Positions 13,738-26,541 are shown, counted from the first letter of the whole stretch. The stretch is DNA of 63,487 nucleotides, filler included, from Salisapilia sapeloensis CBS 127946 (GCA_023334545.1; 11 parts of 11 records of this genome joined end to end with filler, not necessarily neighbours in it), one strand, 5' to 3'. Numbers and translations are program-made. The notes: a model not told the origin generated them from the sequence alone.

Positions 13738-14005
13738 TTTTGTCTGTCTTTGGTCGTCGTCCTATCTATTCAAAAACCTTGGACGGTGTACAGTATAAAA
13801 CTCTAGCGTACGTACAGTGCTTATGATAAATAGACGGGTAAGACGATCGCTGTCTTGATGAAATAGCAGCACAAATGTCTATCAAGTGTATCTAATAAAT
13901 CGAAAATTTAACCGAATGCAGACAAAGAAACGGAGTAGAAGCTTCAAGTAGGTATCTCCACGAGGCTACTCCTGTACCTCGTTTGCATCTATCTTTACTA
14001 CCAAA

Positions 14006-14794
14006 ATGTCCGATCTATCGGATATGAATGATCCCACGGACGCACCGACAAGTCTCAAACGCCCGCTTGATGCGATCCAAACGTCGGAGGTAGCGAATCT
14101 CGATAATTTGAATCAAGAAGAACTGGAGCTACAGCAAACTTCACTTGAGGACGTCCTCATTACTCCTCCATCCTCCAAGAAATTCAAACTTGATGCACAC
14201 AATGGCACGTCGAATCAATCGGACGAAGACTTGGAATTAGCCGAATTGCAGCCACCGAATGACGATGAGGAAATTCCGATGGACAATTTCCAAGCGTCCA
14301 CGACAAATGAGGTCGATCTAGTTGGCACACAAGACAGTGAGCAAGACGATACGCAGGATGTTTCTGCGAATGAAGAGGAGGACAGTGAGGCAGACGCTTC
14401 TAGCTCGGAGCGACAGGATCGACAGACAGCTCGTGTCCTCCTGTCTCAATTGGACAATGACACGCGATCGAGACTGTGTCTCTATGCGATGGAGAAGATT
14501 GGAGAAAGCATATTTGAAGGTCACGAGGATGAGCGTGATGCGATGCTCGTGGATGCGTCAACGAACTCGATTGTCTTGGACTCTATTCGAGAGACTGTAC
14601 ACGCCAACAGAGAAGAGCAGTTAGGTACATCGTCTGCACCGGTTGAAGTGGAGGAGGAGGAAGAAGACTTTGACGATGACGACGGAGAGATTGAGAATGA
14701 TGAGGATGAAGAGATTTGTCTTATTTCGGAGGAAGAAAATGGACAGGAGGATAGTCAGGAGCAGACAGGAGGCAATGCCAATGACACTTTTTAG
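14006..14794 (+). CDS. Acidic low-complexity hypothetical protein
   Basis: 262-aa ATG-initiated ORF, D/E-rich, basic patch PSSKKFKL (possible NLS). Confidence 0.65.
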   Translation: MSDLSDMNDPTDAPTSLKRPLDAIQTSEVANLDNLNQEELELQQTSLEDVLITPPSSKKFKLDAHNGTSNQSDEDLELAELQPPNDDEEIPMDNFQASTTNEVDLVGTQDSEQDDTQDVSANEEEDSEADASSSERQDRQTARVLLSQLDNDTRSRLCLYAMEKIGESIFEGHEDERDAMLVDASTNSIVLDSIRETVHANREEQLGTSSAPVEVEEEEEDFDDDDGEIENDEDEEICLISEEENGQEDSQEQTGGNANDTF

Positions 14795-15178
14795 TTTTCT
14801 TTTTCGTATGCTTTGGTTGCTGATACATGTTGCTCTCCATGGAGATACGTTTTCAGCGTATGCTTGCTGTATGTTTATGTAGGATGCAATCGGTTTATAC
14901 TCTCGATTCGGATGCAGTACTCTACCTTGTCTACTGCTTTCGTCTTGAGCTCCTTTCGTAGGACTGAGTTGATTCCATCATTTATACTTGTAGCATTTAT
15001 AAAGCAGGCATTGTAATTCACAATAGTCTTTTGATACATACTACAGGCCATGACATGAGGTATTGGGCTTATATGTACAAAAGTGTGCTAGAGTGGAAAA
15101 TGGAGACTGTTTTGTTTTGCTAAAGCAAGTTGTGCCTGCGTCTGTTGCTTCCTATCAAGAGAGGATGCCTTGCTACAA

Positions 15179-15384
15179 TTACCATGACATTAGCTTCCCT
15201 TCGTGATCATACCATTTGCGGCTAATGCTGGATGACATTTTCAGCAGTACGTTGCTCATGATGCTATTTGCGCTGTCACCGATACTGAGAGCTCCGTTAT
15301 GTCCGTCCAAGTTCGTAGACACGTGGCCTGGAGGTAAAAGGAAGACACTGATGCTCTCCTTCTTCATATCTTCACAAAGACTCA
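15179..15384 (-). CDS. C-terminal fragment of a short-chain dehydrogenase (C-factor/CsgA-like), truncated by gap
   Basis: Reads SLCEDMKKESISVFLLPPGHVSTNLDGHNG...RKWYDHEGKLMSW-stop, matching the PGxVxT and G.f.d..G..lpW tail of CsgA-like SDRs. Confidence 0.6.
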
Positions 15385-15484
15385 NNNNNNNNNNNNNNNN
15401 NNNNNNNNNNNNNNNNNNNNNNNNNNNNTTAATTAATTAANNNNNNNNNNNNNNNNNNNNNNNNNNNNNNNNNNNNNNNNNNNN
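15385..15484. other. Assembly spacer
   Basis: Same 100-bp N/linker structure. Confidence 0.99.
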
Positions 15485-16854
15485 GAATGCTACTGGGTCG
15501 ACGACGTTGCGTGCGAGTCTCTTGGACGCGTAGTATGTGTTGTAGTAGGACACTAGCCATACGACACCGAAAGCCCCGGATCCGAGGACCTTAATGTCCT
15601 GGATTTCTGAGAAGTTGAGCTTTTTGTCGATGAGCTCTCGGTCGCTCCAGATGTCGTAGACTTTCGGTTGAGGCGATGAGCTTTGAATCTGAGATGAAGG
15701 CTGGGCTTGCGATGACGTAAGAGATGGAGCCGAGGGCTGAGCCTGGGCTTGACGCTGAGGTTGAGTTGATGAGAGAGATGGAGCTGTTGGCTGAGGCTGA
15801 GCGGAAGGCAGAGGTTGTGATGAAGAAAATTCTGGAGCTGTAGGCTGAGCTTTAGACGCAGGCCCACTCTGAGGCTGATTTGAATGCATAGCTTGATACG
15901 AAGACAGAGTTTGGGTCACTGTCTCGGTCTGTGTCGCTGTTCCATCATGCGTGTACCAATCCTCTTCCTGCTCCTCACTCTTCGTCACCGAAGCTGACTT
16001 TCGGCAACGTTTCCACCAACCTACGGCAATAGCTACAAGGAAGAGAGCAATAACGATCGGAATGACGATAGCGAGTACGTTCGGTCCATCACTTTCATCA
16101 TCGAGTTTCCATGCAGCATCGCTCTGTGAGCTCTCAGCAGCTTCTGATCTGTCCCCTGGATAACCGCTCGTCTCCCCTGAATTACCTCCACCATCGTTAA
16201 ATCTACTACCCCATGAAAATGCACTATCTGATGATTCGCTATTCGAGTCAGAATCCGTTCCTTCGTCCTCGTCTTCATCAGACGCGGCATCGCTATCTGA
16301 AGAACTCTTGGGCCCATCTACATAGATTGATAATTATTATGAATGATTCATTGCCTACGGGTATAGATTGTACCTTTTGAAGACGATGCACTTGATGAGT
16401 CTGCGCTCTCATCCTCTGGGTCTGGGAAAATCTTTTCCAGTTTGCTGTCTGCAGTCAAATCGTTTAATTCAAGCCCACCATAGGATAACATGAGTCATAT
16501 ACCGCTTAAATTTTTTACGCTTGGTACCGTTCCACCTATGAAGAGATTGCGGCATACTTCGAGACAGCCATCAAGGAACTTGTATAGATTTATGTATCCA
16601 AACTCTTTCGTGCTGACCGCGCAGTCTGGCGTTATATCCTGTGAACTTTCATACAATAATTTGCAGTTGACCGAGCAGTCCGGAGTATAATCCCCCGAAG
16701 ACAGACAAGTGCCATCTTCATCACCTGACGTTGTAACTGCACGGATAACAGCGTCTACAGCGGACTCCTGGCCTATCGTGCAGTTTTTGCTCAGCACATT
16801 AGGTAGTAAAATAGAGCTGAAAAGCACTAGAATGAGGAAAGTTGGTCGAGTCAT
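15485..16854 (-). CDS. Receptor-like TKL protein kinase: signal peptide, elicitin-like Cys domain, S/D-rich linker, TM, kinase start (3' truncated by gap)
   Basis: ATG 16854 MTRPTFLILVLFSSILLPNVLS; 7 Cys with PDC and INLY motifs; inferred 54-bp intron removing TGA at 16495-16497; intron 16318-16373; TM VLAIVIPIVIALFLVAIAVGWW; kinase LGSGAFGVVW...YASKRL. Confidence 0.75.
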
Positions 16855-17416
16855 GGCAGATGAGCTCCTGGCCACAGTATTCTAATGTGATGGTGGGGAG
16901 AGTTTCCAGTGGAAATTGGAACCGTGCTCTTTGATAGCAATTCGGTATAAAAGACTAGACTTAGGCTACCGCCCGTCTGCAATATAACTGCATTAATGTA
17001 TGTCTTCTATGACAAATGCATGACGTGGACTTGAGATAGGGCTTCAAGTGGTGATGCTAAATGACAGGCTCGTGAGCTTTGGAAATACTGTCCACCTACA
17101 CTCCGAAGATAGGTATCATACCAGACCATTTATCCATTGCCTTTTTCGGAGATTTAGTACATTACGATGCAAAGTACAAGAGCGTAGCATCGCTGCATAA
17201 ACAACACAGCGATACGAGTGAACCTGCTCTTAGGTTGAAGGCTTGGTGGTACTTCAACCACTACTTGATACATTTCTTCTAGGCTCGTTCGGTTTCCACT
17301 TTCCAGTCAATATTTTGCTCGTTTTCATTTCAGACAAAATACAGTCCCAAGTTGAGGAGGTGCCAAAGAGACCATCATATTACCTCGAGCTCTTTAAGTT
17401 TCAAGATCTGTTCATC

Positions 17417-17516
17417 NNNNNNNNNNNNNNNNNNNNNNNNNNNNNNNNNNNNNNNNNNNNTTAATTAATTAANNNNNNNNNNNNNNNNNNNNNNNNNNNN
17501 NNNNNNNNNNNNNNNN
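17417..17516. other. Assembly spacer
   Basis: Same 100-bp N/linker structure. Confidence 0.99.
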
Positions 17517-17657
17517 TGTACTTATAAAATTCATCTTCCTTTTCCAAAACGCACCTTGGAAGATGCTTTCTGAGGCTTAATTTTGGAGGAATTGGCATTT
17601 CAAAAGTTAACAAAGTGTTCACGCAGCTCATTTTAGGTTAAATGAACATTCAAAGAC
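17517..17657 (+). repeat. 141-bp inverted repeat arm A-left (reverse complement of 20189-20329)
   Basis: Base-by-base reverse-complement match, mismatch immediately beyond. Confidence 0.95.
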
Positions 17658-17986
17658 AAAACAAATTTTTGAAGGCTGCTCGAATACACCCCTACTCCTT
17701 ACGCCATTGAAATTCATAGCTATTTTCGTACATCTTTACGTTATCAACCCATCCCTAACACCCGTTCTTGTATCTAAATCGGTCTATAAGTTAATTCTCA
17801 TCCCTTTAATACGTCTGACGGTACCTCACACACTCCAAGCATTATACGCATTAACCAGTAAATCTTATAGATACATTAACGACAAGTGTGGCGTGATACT
17901 AAGTGAACAAAAGCATGATTGTATTTCAATTAGTTGATCTGTCAAATACGATGCATGGTACGATAAGCGAGATGGAAATGTCCGAT

Positions 17987-18465
17987 CTAGTTCGTCCGGC
18001 GCTGCTTCCGCTGTTTCATTGAACCTTTGGCCGACCGCTTACGCTTTATTTGTTTGATTTCGTTGTCCATGTAGCTTCGGATGATGTCATCCATAGTCAT
18101 GATGTGACGAAGAAGGCGATCGGTGACTTTTTGCAGAGCGTTCCGTTCAATGTGGGAGTGACAATCGGGTATCTCGTTCCGCATGCGTCGAACGAGGAGC
18201 GTTTGATCGTTGACGGATCGAGCGAAGTTGGCGCGAAGAATGTCGAGCTGCACGGGGTTGGCCGTCAAGACGGAGCAGGACTCTCCCACTTGGTGAACAG
18301 TGGAATTGGACGATGCTTTACGTTTGCCGAGAGCTGACATGATCGGTGTGCGGGAGGCTGGGGCTTGTGCTCGACTTGGCAAACTGGGAAATGATGTGCA
18401 TTTGGTCGATGCTTCTTTCGCACTACTGACCATTTTAAAACTCCAGTTTTGTTGTTTGATCGACA
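17987..18465 (-). CDS. Hypothetical protein with basic C-terminus
   Basis: Open frame of about 160 aa, ATG at 18465, KRKRSAKGSMKQRKQRR tail; no family recognised. Confidence 0.5.
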
Positions 18466-20188
18466 TTGAGTCTGAATCCAAATCAGATCACTGTCGAACA
18501 TTACCGTACCTACGTGTATTGCAAAATTTTTATTTTGTTGCAGGTATTATGGAATTGGTTTTGAAGTGTTTGGTTTTGTTGGATGTTGACGGCAAAATTT
18601 TATTGTCACGACTGTATAGATATAATAGTGGCTGGTTGTACCGATACATTAGGCGTGTGTGATATGTAGCTCGTTGTACATGTTCAGGAATGCGTTTTTG
18701 CTGTAATAACATTAAGTCTGTTTCAATTCGACGCTGGTAGTATGTGGTTTATTTGGATGCTGCATGCGTCAAATTTCTGAGCAGTAATTTATCTATATGT
18801 TGATTTAAATGCGGTTCTTTTGGCGCGCTGTATAGAATAAGTTTCAGTATAGATATTAATCATACAAGCATATCTTTTAAATGTGAAGTTTTAATGTTTT
18901 GACCATAGTAGCATTAACTGAAAAAAGCTGGCGCATTTATTATGACTAACTGAAAGAGAGAACTAAATGTCTTTCTATTTATTTGTGTTGCATCGACTTT
19001 GCCAACTTAATGCATATGCGCATGTAAGACCTTCACTCAAATGCTAACTACTCAGCTCTTGATGCTACGATATTGTCTGCACTACTGCGTAAACTTAATT
19101 AAAAATAACAGCTGAACTAGAAGAACAACACGCTTGACGACACAAAGATCTTGCCCAATACTTATTGGCAGTCAGCATAAAGATATCCATGTGGGTACCT
19201 TGCAGTCTGGATGTTTATATATTCAGCTCATTTTGTCAGAGCAGGGTTTCCATGACAACGAAGAAAAACTAAACGCTCTCTGGCGTTATGCGTGCATTCT
19301 CGTCTCATTTAGCAGATACGTACCATCACAATTTATGCTGAGAAATCTACAGACCGTTTTGACCGCAAACGTTTTTGTACTGCCTTCCTCGCAAGTTGTC
19401 AAATTATCATTTTAAAAGTGCTTATTATTGTATCGTGCCTATGGTTTTATAAAAAATAGCAAACACACGAAGCAATATATAAGTAGGTGTATCCCGATAC
19501 TAATGTAACAAAACACGTATACGTTATATAGCCAGATCTCTGCATTGTACTATCAAACTGAAGTCATGTTATGATTTAAATGCACAAAAGTTTTGAGTGT
19601 GTTTATTTTGTCCTTGTAATGGGCCAACCATTACATGAGACACGATGCGAATCGTTCCCACAGAAGTATTGAGACTACTTCTGACATGGACCGGAAGTGA
19701 TGACGCACTCGTCATCATTCCGAATCGCCCTGTTGAAGATGTTCGAGGTACTTCAAGTACGGATCGACAACCGGCTGGTAAGTATCTCCCACGAAAATCA
19801 GCAAAGACATGCGACATTACTTGAAGCACAAGACTCTATAATCAGACGAAATGAGTGTCGCACGGCGGATAGCAAAGACACGCAGCGCAGGAACGACGCA
19901 GAACCGAATTCCAGTGACGTCAGCGCCTGCTTTCCATGACGCAAGAACCGAGATCTTCATTTTACTATGCATGTTGAACTAGACTGTCTTGATCAAGAGA
20001 GTACAGGATAGGATTAAATCTAGGACGCTCTCTTTGAGAGCTTATCTTTAATTCAGTTGCAATTTTTCCTTCTAACACTCAAGTCTTCAAGTCTTCGTTG
20101 GTCTCGGATGCCTTTCTAGGATCCGCTCTACTTCTCCTGCTTCCTCTGCTCATCTCTCCGAGAGACAGAAGAAACTAGTCCAATTACA

Positions 20189-20329
20189 GTCTTTGAATGT
20201 TCATTTAACCTAAAATGAGCTGCGTGAACACTTTGTTAACTTTTGAAATGCCAATTCCTCCAAAATTAAGCCTCAGAAAGCATCTTCCAAGGTGCGTTTT
20301 GGAAAAGGAAGATGAATTTTATAAGTACA
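20189..20329 (-). repeat. 141-bp inverted repeat arm A-right
   Basis: Reverse complement of 17517-17657. Confidence 0.95.
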
Positions 20330-20429
20330 NNNNNNNNNNNNNNNNNNNNNNNNNNNNNNNNNNNNNNNNNNNNTTAATTAATTAANNNNNNNNNNNNNNN
20401 NNNNNNNNNNNNNNNNNNNNNNNNNNNNN
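20330..20429. other. Assembly spacer
   Basis: Same 100-bp N/linker structure. Confidence 0.99.
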
Positions 20430-20730
20430 GACTCGCACTGTACGTCGTCCCACTGAATTGGCGAAGAGCTCAGTAGCGCAAGTAAATCGAATGCAGCTTC
20501 AACCTGAAGGACTGACGATCAACCACGATACGCTCGACACTATCCCCACCAAAGCATGACAGAGGAGCGGGCGACATGAGTAGGGAGGTGGATAGCAACG
20601 GAAGAGTAGGACATAATGCCAAATATTTAGGCATTGACTACTATTGTGGTCTTTGCGTCTTTGTTCACATAATGCCTTAAATGCCTGACATAATGCCCGA
20701 TGATCCGCTCAACCTACACGGCTTCAATGT

Positions 20731-23700
20731 CTACCGGTCTAGTACGGTTGGTGGCAAGACTAGCTCTTGAAGCAGTTTACTAATGTGAGAAGCGAAGAGT
20801 AAAGACTCTTCCTCCAAGGTCTTCTCCAAAGCACTTTTAAACCTCTGCAGATGCTCCTTGATACGTGTATGCTCTCCATGTACCGCTCGAATCATCAAGT
20901 GGTCCTGCGCCCCTGCTCTCGCTAGCTCCTTGGCCTGTTTCATGAATGGCTCAGTGTTCGCTTGAAGTTCCGCCGTCAGACGTCGAAGCGTGCTCTTGGT
21001 CGCAAGCAAATTTCGTCTCCATTGCTTGATCTCACGTATTCGGTCATTTGCACCTTCCACTGCACCGTGTATGCAGATGCATTCCACCTCCAGGTCTGCG
21101 AGTTCTGTCAAAATGGCCTCAATCTCGTCCGGCTTTAATGCCTGTAACTCTTTCTTGCGCTCGGTACAATCGCGCCATATTCGCGCTTGGAAGACAACGT
21201 TGTGATCATGAGCATCTTTGAATCCAAACACTTTATCGCGTCCACGGTCTATGCGAGATTGCAGAGATGAATTTGCTGATAGTCGAAACACAAGTCGCCG
21301 ACATAACGTCCGATACCATCCTTGGATGATCTGCGCATGGTGATTATGAAAGTTGATCACATCGAGACGAAATACTTTTGCTCGTTTCTTGGCAATATAT
21401 TCGATCCGGTCTTCATTATCCTGCCATCGTTTCTGCCGTAGCTTTTCTTCAATGAGCTGCCTCCATTTTCGCTTTCCAAGTTTCCCTCTCCAAGCTCTCT
21501 GGACGAGGTTTGCTGCTGCCGTTAAATACATACGATAGTCCTTTGCATACTGTCGATCTAAATGTCCACGAAACAATGCCTGAATCTTTGTTGCGTGAAG
21601 ATGTACTATCTGTAAGCGTGATGGTGGTTGCCATCCGCGAGCTTGAAGCGAAGCTCGGTAGAATGTAACGAGCAAGTGCACTGCACCAAGGCGGAGGAAG
21701 TGGTTTCGAGAGTGGACTTTGTCATCAGAGCAGCAAGCTAGACGTGCGTTCTCGGCCTGCTTCTTCCTTCGCCCTCTCTGCATTCGCACGACCGAAACGG
21801 AAACCTTACCCATCCACATCCGCCAGGTTGCTTGGATCTTGACGATGCACTCGCGTCGGTGGTGAATCAATGCATAAAAGTCCTGTAGATGTTTCACGAC
21901 GCTATAGCAAGTTATATACGTGAGTTCATTTACCTGGTTTAATACATCGAATAAAGTCAAAGCGAGGCTTACATGATACTGAGAATAAAATGAGAAATGA
22001 CACGAGCAGCCTTGTCACGTTGTACGTAGATTTGACGTGCCTTGTCTTGGCACTTATTGTAGTACATTCTGCCCTTGCCGCCACGATAAAGTCTCTGTAT
22101 GTCCTGAGCTATCTTGGTAGCAGTGTCTCTCCTAGCTTTCCATTCGATGGCGAAAGCTCGTGTGAAAATGGAAGATGACCCGATGAACAGTATTCGTGGC
22201 TGGTGGGTGAAGCCACGCTGCAGGACTAGTTGCCGTCCAGCTTGTCGACCTATATAGCCACGCCATACGCGCTGCATCGCTGTTGCTCCTCTGAAAAGTA
22301 CTCGGGAAAAATGAACACGCGCGAAATGAGCTCGATATGCTCGTTGGATAACTTTAGCGTTCTCACAGCGAAACCTTGCAATTTCATCGAGCTCCTTTCG
22401 TCGAGCTGATGCACGACAGCAACCGATAACTCCCCGTACACATATGGATATATACATACAACTACGTAAATGTTCCTCGTGAACCGCTATGGTTTCCAAA
22501 ACTTTCATCCGATGTTCAAACAGCATACTCTGCACGGTGCGTCGAGCGTGTTGCCCTCTCCAGATCCTTTGAATCGAGGTAGCTGATACACGCTGAAGTA
22601 GTAGCAGTGCCTCTCTTTCCTTTCTTGCCTGCCATGCTGTCTGTCGTCCGATATGTCCTCGATATGTCTTTTGAATGACCAAGAACGAACGAAGATGTAT
22701 ATCCTCATGGCATATCCACAGTCGAAGCTTTCTTTCTCGAATACCTTCCGCCCAAGCACACATGCGTGGATAAAGAGCTCTTTGGAGCGTACAAAAGTAG
22801 CTTAAAAAGTGCCATCTCGCGACAGCTTCATCCTTCCTCCGTTGCTTTTCTCTTGCAATCGCACGTCGCATTCGACGAAGTGCACAACGACGTCGATACC
22901 ACCGCTGGATAGCAAGCGCGCTACGCTTTCTATTTCGCACAGCATTTAGTGCAGACTGTTGGAGTACTACCGTTCGCTTATAGTGAAGCAGTCGACGCTG
23001 AAGCCAGCATGTTACCATCGACGCAGCTCGGTTACGTTGATTTTCATGCCGAAAAAACTTGACAACGTTAGAATGCTTTGGCATGAGACCATCCCGAGAA
23101 GCCACAACTAGGTTACTCAAGGATGCAAGTCGGCGCAAAGTAGCGTACGTGACTTCTGAGCACTGCCGCACATTAAGTGTTTCCAGTGTATCGATATTAT
23201 GCGTCACGAGCTCTTCCACCCCTTCATCCGTAATGCGCCAGTCTTGTGTCAATAGAACGCGCTCGAGTTTGCACCTTTTCCTACTAAGCGCCCGTAGCGC
23301 CAAATCGCTTATTTCTTCGCAGTAATCTAATTCTAAAACACGTAATTCTATGCATTCCCTTGCGATCACTAAGAAGCTGGACTCGTGGAAGTTACGGCTT
23401 CCTGAGAGACGTAATGAACGTAGGTTTGGACAGGTACGTCCGATGGCTGTGCAAAGTTTGTCGCTAGCGAGTGATGTGATGTCTAACGCAACCAAATGCC
23501 TTCCGAATGAAAGTCGTTCAGTCATTAACGTTGACAATGCGTCTACTTCGCACTTTGTGTGGCCAATGTAGAGCTTTCGTAGAGACTCCATCCTCGTGAT
23601 AGCAGAAAAAACCGGTAGGTCACATATCGGGACCGCATAGAATCCTGTCGATGTCAAAACTTCGCTCTGCGGACGACTGCTTTGGATGAGCATGCCTCGC

Positions 23701-24845
23701 CAGCTTAGCTTGTACAGCTCCGGACAATGACTAGCTAGTTGATCTATGCTTGTACTGGTAACCCTGTGTAATCCATCCATCTTTAGTACCTTCAGCATAG
23801 AACAATTCCGAGCAATGGCTTGGATACTTGTATCCGTGACTCGAAAGCAACCACAGACATTTAGCTCTCGCAGTTGACGACATCGATTATCTTTACGCTC
23901 ACTTGGCACATAGTGCATATCATTTTTACTGGCTCTTGCTATGCATTCAACTAACTGACGTAGACCGTAGTCGGTTACTAGATTGCATTTTACAAGCTCC
24001 AGTCTCTCTAACTTACAACAGTGCCGTCCGATAGTCATAAGAACTTCGTCATTTACTTGTGGATTATCGGAAAGATGAAGAACAACAAGACTAGGACCGC
24101 ATAATGCGCACATGTGTGCGATTGCACCTGCAAATAACTTTGGATTGTTCGACAAGTCCAGCTCTCGGATACGTCCAGGTACAGTTAATAAGCCAAGGAG
24201 GCTAAATCCATACAGCTTTGGAAGAGACGACATTAGCAGTTTGCATAGCTTTGGAAGTCTGGCTAGAATAGACAGAACGGCGACTTCTGTAAGGTTAGAG
24301 CAGGAGCTGATGTCGATCGCGATGATCGAAGAAGACGCTCTGTTCGTCAATGCTGCGATACCTAGATCACTGACTTTTAAGCAGCGTCTCATCGATAGTC
24401 GATCGAGCGCCTCGCACCGAGTAAATAGCGTTGTTACTACTTCATCGGTAACCCACGAGCAAAAGGATATATCTAGTTCACGAAGACTCGTAGGAAGGAT
24501 ACTAGCAATAGTTGAAGTGAGTCCCGTGCATCCATTGACGTCCAATCGCAGGAGACTACTTGGCAAGTGTTGTAACACATCCGTCGAGACTTGACGGCAT
24601 CCTGCAAGAGACATGGATTGTATATATTGGTCTTTCAACCACTGCAAATGTACGGGTTTAATTGTCCATCCACTGAGATCGATATCTGGCCAGCATTGGG
24701 AATACTGTTTATCACGAAAGATGGCTTGGAGAGGAATACTTTGGTCTGGTTGCTGGTTGGATGGAGAGGTAAGAGGTGGTAGCGTTGGAGGCTTTTGACG
24801 CTTTTGGACACCACGAGCGGTTCGACTGTTCGTCGGTATTGCCAT
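20731..24845 (-). CDS. Large protein with N-terminal FBXL/AMN1-type leucine-rich repeats, many IQ motifs and a C-terminal coiled coil, 2 exons
   Basis: Cys-containing LRRs (LxxLxLxxCxxVTDxGL); IQRIWRG, IQRAYRA, MQRVWRG, IQATWRM, IQALFRG, VQRAWRG; intron 21902-21972 (GTAAGC donor) joins the 958-aa and 409-aa ORFs. Confidence 0.85.
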
Positions 24846-26121
24846 TTCCGTTTAAATTTACCGACTACCGGCTATTCTAAGCGAAAACGAAAGAGCATTG
24901 GCATCCATACTGTCCTCCCGTATATGCTCAACAATATATGGGTGTAGACGGCTACACATATCTGCAGCACATGTGCCGCATAGCTTTCCGTCCACATGAA
25001 TCCCTCGCAATATCGCCGACGTCCACTTTTTCGTATGTATATCCTCAATCGCCCCACCTTAGCGCTCGCATCTCTTCGCTTTGCCCATCTTTTACGTAGA
25101 AGCTCAAAGTCGTGGCAGCCTTCACACGTCGACTCCATCGGACAGTCTTGCACCAAATGGTCTGACAGTGCAAGACATTTCAGTCACACTTCGAGCTACC
25201 TCCGATTGGCCGGCACACGTTTAGGAAGAAGTGACCTCCAGGATGACCCGGTCTCTCTGGAGGTCTTGCACGTTGAACGCAGGTGGCTGGTTGTCGGTTG
25301 CGCGCGCTGTGGGAAATCGGAGAATGAGCAGTTTTGTTCAAGGCTCGAAAGAGAAGATGTGACATTAGGTTGGAAAGATAGCCGAAAGGTCCGAGACGAC
25401 TACCATGGATAGATGTAGATAGATAAGAAAAGATTGAAGGTAACTAAGAATTGGCACTGACCAACGCGAAAAGCCTCTACACTGCAGCTATATTCCTCTT
25501 CCATCCATCGCCCTTCACATTATATCGAAAAAATAAAAGAGATTTTCTTACTGCTACCGTTCCGAGGACTGCTCCGCAAAGTCCTCTTCGTATTCTATTT
25601 ATCGGTAATTCATTTTTGGCAGTCTAATACATACATTTTAGAGATCTGGCGATTCGAGTCTGGCGATTCAATGAACCGCCGTAGGAAAGTTTGCGTAGAA
25701 CCAACAATAACGTCCCTTGAGAGGTTCATTATTACGCACAAGTCATCATGCAGATATAAGTATAAGGAATGCCACAAAAGACCCATCAGTTGGTTTTAGA
25801 TGAAGGTCGTTTTCGCACAAAATATCGATTCAGCAAAATGGTGAATTTATCTCTTGTAATTCTATTCATGATACCCTACTCGGCAAACTCTGCGTTCGTT
25901 GAAAGTGGCCGACTCGGTTTTGCCACTTGCCATTGGAAACTTAACAAAGCACTTCAATATAACTTTCATCCACTATATCTAATGCATAAGCGAGTGTTCT
26001 GCATTGCCAATGGAGGTACATGTTCATTTTCTTAGTCTTTTTCTGTCTTGGTCTTTGATGCAATCAGGAGAAAGCTATCTTCGAGACGACTTCAAGCCAT
26101 GGCCGGTGCTCGAAATGTGCA

Positions 26122-26221
26122 NNNNNNNNNNNNNNNNNNNNNNNNNNNNNNNNNNNNNNNNNNNNTTAATTAATTAANNNNNNNNNNNNNNNNNNNNNNN
26201 NNNNNNNNNNNNNNNNNNNNN
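26122..26221. other. Assembly spacer
   Basis: Same 100-bp N/linker structure. Confidence 0.99.
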
Positions 26222-26541
26222 AACGTAAGGGAAGCGTAAAACGCGGAGTATGAAACTCTTGTACTAAAAGTACGGAAGTAGTGTAAGACACTTGTGCTTT
26301 AGAAAGCAAAATGAGAACTGATTGTATTGAGGCTTAATCAGACTACTGGACTTTGAGTTTCTATATACCTACTAAATCCTAATACAATCTCCTTAATCTC
26401 CATCTTAGTATGGAAAGGTCTAACGACCATTCACATTCCTTGTAGCTTTGTATTTGTATCAGATGCTCTAATAAAAGGACCCACTTCAAGATCCGGAATG
26501 TTACCCCAGCTTGGGACACATTCATGTAACTTCCCGTTGCA
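26222..26541 (-). mobile_element. LTR copy 1 (320 bp, truncated by gap)
   Basis: Closely similar to 39210-39559 and 60553-60902; ends in ...CCCGTTGCA. Confidence 0.9.

Noticed and set aside
16495-16497. In-frame TGA in the elicitin-kinase as stop-codon recoding or selenocysteine
   Set aside because: A 54-bp GT-AG intron of typical size removes it while keeping frame; simpler explanation.
24872-25412. ORFs upstream of the LRR-IQ gene
   Set aside because: Short, mutually overlapping on both strands, no motifs.
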